Below the pieces are notes generated by a model. That model was not told the DNA's origin. It was given only the letters and a program-made list of their open reading frames with translations, and ran no database searches. From the NCBI GenBank assembly GCA_029856105.1, contig JAHQWH010000115.1, positions 1 to 31,927 on the forward strand: a stretch of 31,927 nt of DNA, in the 5' to 3' direction. A program made the translations under genes and the position numbers. The stretch is from Promethearchaeia archaeon. GTDB taxonomy: Archaea; Asgardarchaeota; Lokiarchaeia; Sigyniarchaeales; SOKP01. Below, piece by piece: positions 26,193 to 31,927 of this stretch (positions are counted from its first letter, which is position 1; each line of letters opens with the position of its first letter).

Positions 26193-27118
26193 AAACTACT
26201 AGCTATTGTACTTTTTGCAAATTTCATGAGATCTTTTACTCGCATCCTTAAAGTAACTTCGGTAACGCGGGCTAACTTGCTAATCTCTTTCTGAGTGCGA
26301 TTTTCATTACAACTCCTAGATCCAATATAAATAGCCGCAGCGGCTATCCCTTTCGGGTCTTTTCCCGCAGAATTAAAACCGTTTTCGGCGGCAGTTTCAA
26401 TAATTTTAACAGCTATATTTCTACATTGCATAGATAGCTTCAACTCGGAGTTAAATCTATCTACATATCTATCAGGGGTAAAATGTTGCACCTTCAGATT
26501 TAATTTTGGTAAAATTTCCATCAATATTAATCTATAGCTCTTAATCACTTTCTTTTTTGGTATTTGGGCGACTTTTGTAATTTCTTCCACAGTTCGAGGG
26601 ATGCCATGCACTCTTAATGCGCAAAATATTGAAGCAGCGAGTAGAGTATCGATACTTCTCCCCATCGTTAACTTTTTCTTTACGGTTTGTGTATAAATTC
26701 TTAGCGCATCCTCAGCTACGGTATCTGAAATACCTAATCTTTTTTGTAACCTTTGTAAGTTAGGTAACGCAATCCATAAATTTCTCTCGTAGCTAGTAGT
26801 TAAGGATCTATGAATTTTAGCCAGCCTATTGAATTTAGATTTGTATTTTGGGCTTAATAAAATCCCCCGTGCGTCTCTACTACCCCTTATAATCGTTCGT
26901 GGTCCTATAGGACTATAAACTCTTTCGTTACTCTTCCTTTTTTGGATTTCTTCTTGCGTAAAAGCTCTTCGAGGTGAATCGTCAAGAATTCTGTCATACA
27001 CTAAACCACAATTCAAACAGACGTAGAAACCAAGTTCCTTACTGATTTTTGGAGAGTCGCAGCAATACTCCTCTTCCTCCTTGTCAACATTTCCTTTATC
27101 GTTAGAATTTGGTTGCAT
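26189..27118 (-). CDS. tfb: Transcription initiation factor IIB (TFB), divergent paralog-like
   Basis: N-terminal zinc ribbon (CC...VCLNCGLV), ERNL..AL, two cyclin repeats GRSIDTLLAASIF and GKDPKGIAAAAIY, C-terminal HTH RTQKEISKLARVTEVTLR. Confidence 0.93.
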   Translation of the reverse strand: MQPNSNDKGNVDKEEEEYCCDSPKISKELGFYVCLNCGLVYDRILDDSPRRAFTQEEIQKRKSNERVYSPIGPRTIIRGSRDARGILLSPKYKSKFNRLAKIHRSLTTSYERNLWIALPNLQRLQKRLGISDTVAEDALRIYTQTVKKKLTMGRSIDTLLAASIFCALRVHGIPRTVEEITKVAQIPKKKVIKSYRLILMEILPKLNLKVQHFTPDRYVDRFNSELKLSMQCRNIAVKIIETAAENGFNSAGKDPKGIAAAAIYIGSRSCNENRTQKEISKLARVTEVTLRMRVKDLMKFAKSTIASSF

Positions 27119-27322
27119 ATTATCCGTTTAAATTAAATACAAATAATTGGATCATTCAATTTCAGTATAGTATTTAAAATAAACTATATATTTAAATCTT
27201 AATCTAATTTATGATGTGAAAATTTAATCTATTTAACTATTATCTAATAAGTTTAAAAATTAATAATTATATTACTTCAAAGTTTAATAAATAATTACAA
27301 ATTAATACAAATTGCTAGCAAA

Positions 27323-28567
27323 ATGTCGTTCGATATCTCAAAAGTATTAAATGTCTTCTCAAAATTTCTAGACCCAAAAGTAGTCAAAATTGGCAAACTC
27401 AAAACCATTGAAGAAATAAAAAATTTACCAATATACTCTTATAAATTTCTTACAAAAAGCGAAGCTAAAGTTCTAAAGGATATTTTAGATATATCTAATA
27501 TCGAAGAAGCTTCCAAATTAGACAAGGAAAATCCCTTTGAAAGTTTAAATAATATTGGTTCAACTAAAGACCCTATTAAAGCCGCCGAAATCCAAGACGA
27601 ATTGAATGAAAAAATCGTAGTACTTAAAGAGAAATACCCCGAACTTGAAGATAGCTTAAAAAAAGCAATTGTTATTAGTTCTATAATTACCAGAGTCGTA
27701 GATGAAGAAGATAGTCTAGAAAAAGCAGCGCAGAAAATAATAATAATTGGGTTAGATAATGCGGGAAAGACGGCAATATTGAACAAATTTGGAGGACGGT
27801 TAGGTATTAACGATTTAGCTAACTTAAAACCAACTAAAGGTGTAGATCGTCGGTTTGTTAAAACCGAAGATTCTGAATTGGATCTTTATGTCTGGGATAT
27901 GGGGGGTCAAGAACAATACAGGAGTAAGTACATACAAAATCCAGAACAATATTTTTTGAATATTGATTTATTGATCTATGTAATTGATGTGCAAGACTCT
28001 AATAGGTTCGTAGAATCTTTTGAGTATTTTGAACAAATTCTTAAAATTTTAGCCCTCATAGAAGAAGAACCTTTTATTTTAATATACATACACAAATGCG
28101 ACCCGGATTTAAAATACGACCCTGAAACATTACTAAAGATCGAACTTCTAAAAGAAAACCTCAATCAGTTATTAACTCAGTACGGATTCGATTATGAAGC
28201 TTATTTAACTTCCATCTTTTCATTAATCTCTACCGAACCTAAGTTTTCTAAATACATCAAAGAAGTAATGAGATCAACAGACTCGTTAACTAACCCAACT
28301 TTAAAAAAGGTTGAAGGTCTGGGAAAAACTTTAGAAGAAACTATGAACGCGGTTATACGCTTATCAGAAAGTCTTTCCAAACAATTGTCTGAATTAGATA
28401 ACAGATTACGCGTAATTGAAAGCGGAGCGTTTCAAATGGCTCAAAGCGGAATCCCAATTGGAATTGCCAACCCTAATATGGCGTCAGAAAACCCAGCAGA
28501 TTCCAGATCAACCGTTTTAAATGAATTGAAACAATTATTTGAAAAAAAACGTAAATTAAACCTTTAG
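27323..28567 (+). CDS. Arf/Rag-like small GTPase with N-terminal extension and C-terminal coiled coil
   Basis: GLDNAGKT, PTKG, WDMGGQ, LIYVIDVQD, HKCD, TSIF; helical flanking regions. Confidence 0.88.
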   Translation: MSFDISKVLNVFSKFLDPKVVKIGKLKTIEEIKNLPIYSYKFLTKSEAKVLKDILDISNIEEASKLDKENPFESLNNIGSTKDPIKAAEIQDELNEKIVVLKEKYPELEDSLKKAIVISSIITRVVDEEDSLEKAAQKIIIIGLDNAGKTAILNKFGGRLGINDLANLKPTKGVDRRFVKTEDSELDLYVWDMGGQEQYRSKYIQNPEQYFLNIDLLIYVIDVQDSNRFVESFEYFEQILKILALIEEEPFILIYIHKCDPDLKYDPETLLKIELLKENLNQLLTQYGFDYEAYLTSIFSLISTEPKFSKYIKEVMRSTDSLTNPTLKKVEGLGKTLEETMNAVIRLSESLSKQLSELDNRLRVIESGAFQMAQSGIPIGIANPNMASENPADSRSTVLNELKQLFEKKRKLNL

Positions 28568-28634
28568 ACCATTCGACCTTTCATTAGAATTGAATTATTG
28601 TAACTTGCTTTAGACCAACAAAGAGAAGTTCTGT

Positions 28635-29348
28635 TTATTTAATACTCTCAAAAATTTCTTTAATTCTTTTGTTAATAGCAACAAGAATAACTAATGTAAC
28701 TATCCCAATAACTAAAATTAAATACCATATGTTTTCAAATAGCAAGGGATTGATTAGGTGATAATGAATAGTACCTTCATAAAATTGCTCAAAAAAAGTA
28801 ATTATTCTCAACAAGATAGGTGCTACAAAGATTACAGCTAAAAAAAACCCAATAATCCCAATAAAAAAACCGAAAATTACATCGCTAGGGTAATGTACTC
28901 CTAATTGAATCCTGGAAAAAGAAACACTCACAGCAAATATAAAGACAATAATGGTTATCGCTATAGAGTTTAACAAATAAGCAAATAACAATCCTTGAGA
29001 AATAACATTATAAGCGTGCCAAGAAGGAAAACTCCTCGAAGTTGGTTTTTGCTCTAGAACAATTATATCTTTTAATGTTTCAAAAGGTCTTTCTCTATCA
29101 AAACTCTTTTTTAATGGAGCAATTATGATTACACCAAGTAAAAATATTGTAGAAATATTTGAAAACAAAAAGGGAGCGTACCAGATGAATAAGTAAAACA
29201 CCATTAGAACGAGCCATAAAGTCTCTCTTCCCAAAAATGATACAATTTTTAAAAAATTAGTAAAAAACTTGCCTCCAATGCCGTTATATTTTAAAATAAT
29301 TTTCTGATCCCAGTTATTGAGCTTGTTAAATATCTTTTTTGATTCCAT
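28635..29348 (-). CDS. PAP2 family membrane phosphatase
   Basis: KKSFDRERP, SFPSWH, SRIQLGVHYPSDV; several transmembrane segments. Confidence 0.9.
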   Translation of the reverse strand: MESKKIFNKLNNWDQKIILKYNGIGGKFFTNFLKIVSFLGRETLWLVLMVFYLFIWYAPFLFSNISTIFLLGVIIIAPLKKSFDRERPFETLKDIIVLEQKPTSRSFPSWHAYNVISQGLLFAYLLNSIAITIIVFIFAVSVSFSRIQLGVHYPSDVIFGFFIGIIGFFLAVIFVAPILLRIITFFEQFYEGTIHYHLINPLLFENIWYLILVIGIVTLVILVAINKRIKEIFESIK

Positions 29349-29362
29349 AGTTATTGCGCTTT

Positions 29363-30157
29363 TTATTTGTTTGACCCTAAAAATTGGTACGCTTTCTTTA
29401 CCTTATGGATTTGTTCTTGAAAGTACTTAACTGAATGCGAGTCTGAGCCCACAAAAAATTTCGCTCGTTCTGATTTTAATTGGCGTACAATTTCTTTAGA
29501 AGGAAAAGGTCGCTTAATTGGAAATCTTAAACCAGACAGATTATATTCGATGTGAATTTTGTTCTTTATACACAAACGGCCAAGATCTAATGTTCGGTCT
29601 TCCGAAGTGTTACAATCTTCCAAAACTTTTATGTCGTTATCGTTGATATAGCGGTAGATCGTGTCGATATGACACACATTTTTAAATATTTTAGATTTTA
29701 TCATCATCTCGCTAATTTCAAAGTAGTCGTCTATAACTTGCTTCATTGGTATCTTTTCTAACAATTCTAATAATTTTTCTCTTGATGTTATCGGATAGCG
29801 ATAAATCCACTCGTGGATTGTTCCACCAATAAAATCCAATTCTTTACCGTAATCGTCCATAAATTCCATTAATTCTATTTCCCGATCTCGGTAATATTCT
29901 ACTTCGAGACCGCTAAGGATGAAATTATAAGTTTCTTTTAACTCGTCTATCTCTTCAAGGTAATCGTCGATTTTACTATCATAAAACGGGTTTGTTTTGT
30001 CTTGTTCTATGTAATACAGTTCATAATGTTCAAGAAAACAGATGTTAATTTCATTTGCTTCAGCAATCTTAATATAATCTTCAAATACAGGACCATCTTT
30101 CGAAATATCTGCGCTCCAATTCGTATGGATGTGATAATCAGTATGTTCAAACTTCAT
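29363..30157 (-). CDS. PHP-family phosphoesterase (histidinol-phosphatase HisK-like)
   Basis: DYHIHT, LEH, GLEVEY, GTIH, CHID and GSDSH metal-binding motifs. Confidence 0.85.
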   Translation of the reverse strand: MKFEHTDYHIHTNWSADISKDGPVFEDYIKIAEANEINICFLEHYELYYIEQDKTNPFYDSKIDDYLEEIDELKETYNFILSGLEVEYYRDREIELMEFMDDYGKELDFIGGTIHEWIYRYPITSREKLLELLEKIPMKQVIDDYFEISEMMIKSKIFKNVCHIDTIYRYINDNDIKVLEDCNTSEDRTLDLGRLCIKNKIHIEYNLSGLRFPIKRPFPSKEIVRQLKSERAKFFVGSDSHSVKYFQEQIHKVKKAYQFLGSNK

Positions 30158-30206
30158 AAGATTGTATTTTTAATAATTAAGAAAGTTAGATAAAAATTTT
30201 GATTAT

Positions 30207-31927
30207 TTAATCCATCGAATTCTCCTTGTCAAAATACACTTCGTAAAACAATTCTTTTTCACCCGCTTCAGGTGGATTAATTTTAGTATACCCCCCTTTT
30301 CGGATAATTTGGACTGTACTTTTATTTTGAATGTGAATACTACCATAAAATCCTTTTATCCCTTTTTCTTTCGCGATGATAATTAAATGGTGATAGAGAA
30401 AGGAGCCTATGCCTTTTCCTCTATAATCCTCTCTTACTACAAAACTATATTCTGCTAAATTCGTGACTGGATTTAAATAATAAGTAGCGTTTCCTATCAT
30501 CGCATCGTTTCCGATCTCTCCCACATACGCCCCTATAGAAAATACATTATTATAATCGATATTGACCTCACTTTGCGTTTTAGAATGAGTGAATTCCTTC
30601 CTAACTTCAAAAAAGCGTAAATATCTATCTCTCTCGTTTAAGGAATAATAAAGTTCTTTTAATAAAGGCTCGTCAGTGGTTCTAACTGGTCTAACTACGA
30701 TCTTTTCGTTATCTCTTGCGGTGTATATAGTTTCGTACTTAAAAGGATAAATACATATGTTTCCTTGCTCGTCGCAAGGTAGAATTTGATCCGAGTAAAT
30801 GTAATTTAACTTTTTCGCGTGTTCTAACAACTGTTCTCTAAATTTAGGGTGAGCTACACAAATTAATTCAATAACTCGCTCTCTAATTGTCTTACCGTGC
30901 ACATAAGCAACGCCCCATTCGGTAACTACGTAATGAACATCTGCTCGAGATAAAATAACTCCAGCTCCTTCATCTAAATGAGGTACAATGTTTGAAACGG
31001 TCTCATTTTTTCTTGTGGACGCGAGCACAACAATTGGTTTTCCACCTTTAGAAAAAGCAGCCCCCCTCATGAAATCTACAGTATCCCCAATCCCAGAATA
31101 AAAGTTATACCCTTTAGTAGAAGTATTAACTTGCCCCGTTAAATCAATTTGTAACGCTTGGTTTATAGAAACCATTTTTTTGTTCATTCCAATATATTTT
31201 GGATTACATACATAGTCACTAGGATAAAACTCAATATACGGATTATTATTTACGAAATCATATAATTTTTTAGTACCTAAAGCGAAACTTGTTATAATCT
31301 TTTCGGGGTGAAAATTCTTCTTTCTACAAGTTAGAACTACGTTTTCTATCAAAGGAATTATATTATCAGTAATATAATGGCTATGCATACCTAAAGACTT
31401 CTTATCCATTAAATATTTTAAGCAGGCGTTCGGTAAATAACCGTTACCAATATGAATTGTCGATTTATTTTCAATTAAATTTGCCACATTCTTTCCTATT
31501 TTTCCCGAAACATCAATTTTTTCTTTAAATTGGAACTCTAAGAGGGGCACATCGTTGTAAACGAAATAGTCGATGTCTTTCATGTGAATAAAGCTATTAC
31601 CCAAGGTTCGGGGCATTTGAGGGTTAATTTCTGCTATTGTTAAATAAGCAGCTTGGGCTATGGGTTTTGCTACATCAATGTTAATCCCAAACGAACAAAA
31701 ACCATAACGATCTGGTGGTGTTACTTGAATAAGAGCAACATCGCAATTTTTCCGCCCTGAAAGAAATAAAGAAGGAATTTCGCTCGCTAATATTGGCGTA
31801 TAGTCAGCCTGTCCTTTATTTATCTCCTCTCGTAGGGTTTTACCTATGAAAAAAGCGTTATGTCTAAAAAGATCTTCCCTTTTATCTTTAAAATATTTTT
31901 CAGGACCAATCGTAAGAAAATGTATAA
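30207..31927 (-). CDS. Acetyl-CoA hydrolase/4-hydroxybutyrate CoA-transferase-like domain fused to a C-terminal GNAT acetyltransferase; 5'-truncated by the window edge
   Basis: The frame stays open to the window end (ADYTPI...DVALIQVTPPDRYGFCSFG...AEINPQMPRT). Also SINQALQIDLTGQV, DFMRGAAFSKGG, VHYVVTEWG, VAHPKFREQL, then GNAT motifs RYLRFF and AEYSFVVREDYRGKGIG. Confidence 0.92.
   Translation of the reverse strand, partial: IHFLTIGPEKYFKDKREDLFRHNAFFIGKTLREEINKGQADYTPILASEIPSLFLSGRKNCDVALIQVTPPDRYGFCSFGINIDVAKPIAQAAYLTIAEINPQMPRTLGNSFIHMKDIDYFVYNDVPLLEFQFKEKIDVSGKIGKNVANLIENKSTIHIGNGYLPNACLKYLMDKKSLGMHSHYITDNIIPLIENVVLTCRKKNFHPEKIITSFALGTKKLYDFVNNNPYIEFYPSDYVCNPKYIGMNKKMVSINQALQIDLTGQVNTSTKGYNFYSGIGDTVDFMRGAAFSKGGKPIVVLASTRKNETVSNIVPHLDEGAGVILSRADVHYVVTEWGVAYVHGKTIRERVIELICVAHPKFREQLLEHAKKLNYIYSDQILPCDEQGNICIYPFKYETIYTARDNEKIVVRPVRTTDEPLLKELYYSLNERDRYLRFFEVRKEFTHSKTQSEVNIDYNNVFSIGAYVGEIGNDAMIGNATYYLNPVTNLAEYSFVVREDYRGKGIGSFLYHHLIIIAKEKGIKGFYGSIHIQNKSTVQIIRKGGYTKINPPEAGEKELFYEVYFDKENSMD

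Noticed and set aside
691-30193. Short ORFs in the track lying opposite larger genes (e.g. 691-915, 3533-3874, 5083-5586, 9369-9689, 16910-17215, 24761-25135, 27439-27786, 30002-30193)
   Set aside because: They are antisense shadows of well-supported genes and show no recognisable motifs.
31614-31616. ATG 31616 as start of the CoA-transferase-GNAT gene
   Set aside because: The frame continues with conserved CoA-transferase sequence up to the window edge.
1-31927. rRNA, tRNA, CRISPR arrays, transposases, integrases or prophage genes
   Set aside because: No GC-rich cloverleaf, regularly spaced repeat or mobile-element ORF was seen by eye; tRNAscan-SE and Infernal would be needed to exclude small RNAs.

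Overview
AT-rich, gene-dense archaeal chromosomal segment, most consistent with an Asgard archaeon (Lokiarchaeia-like). This is inferred from archaeal-type aIF5B, EF-2, class I CCA enzyme, Taw1 and TFB found together with several Ras-superfamily small GTPases. Housekeeping genes: uvrB (5'-truncated), uvrA, aIF5B, cca, EF-2, engB, taw1, tfb. No rRNA, tRNA, CRISPR array or transposase was seen. Main points of interest: (1) an unannotated, internally deleted tandem copy of the Rab-like GTPase gene at 11263-11528; (2) a 1247-aa protein with an apparently dead GTPase fold, a SNAP/TPR-like solenoid and three long C-terminal repeats, divergent from a tandem pair of unknown paralogs; (3) an Arf/Rag-hybrid GTPase with N- and C-terminal extensions; (4) Taw1 with a winged-helix-like insertion; (5) EF-2 with a non-canonical diphthamide loop; (6) a CoA-transferase-GNAT fusion lacking the catalytic glutamate; (7) an ECF S-component-like/DUF2085-like fusion. 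All calls come from reading motifs by eye; no searches were run.
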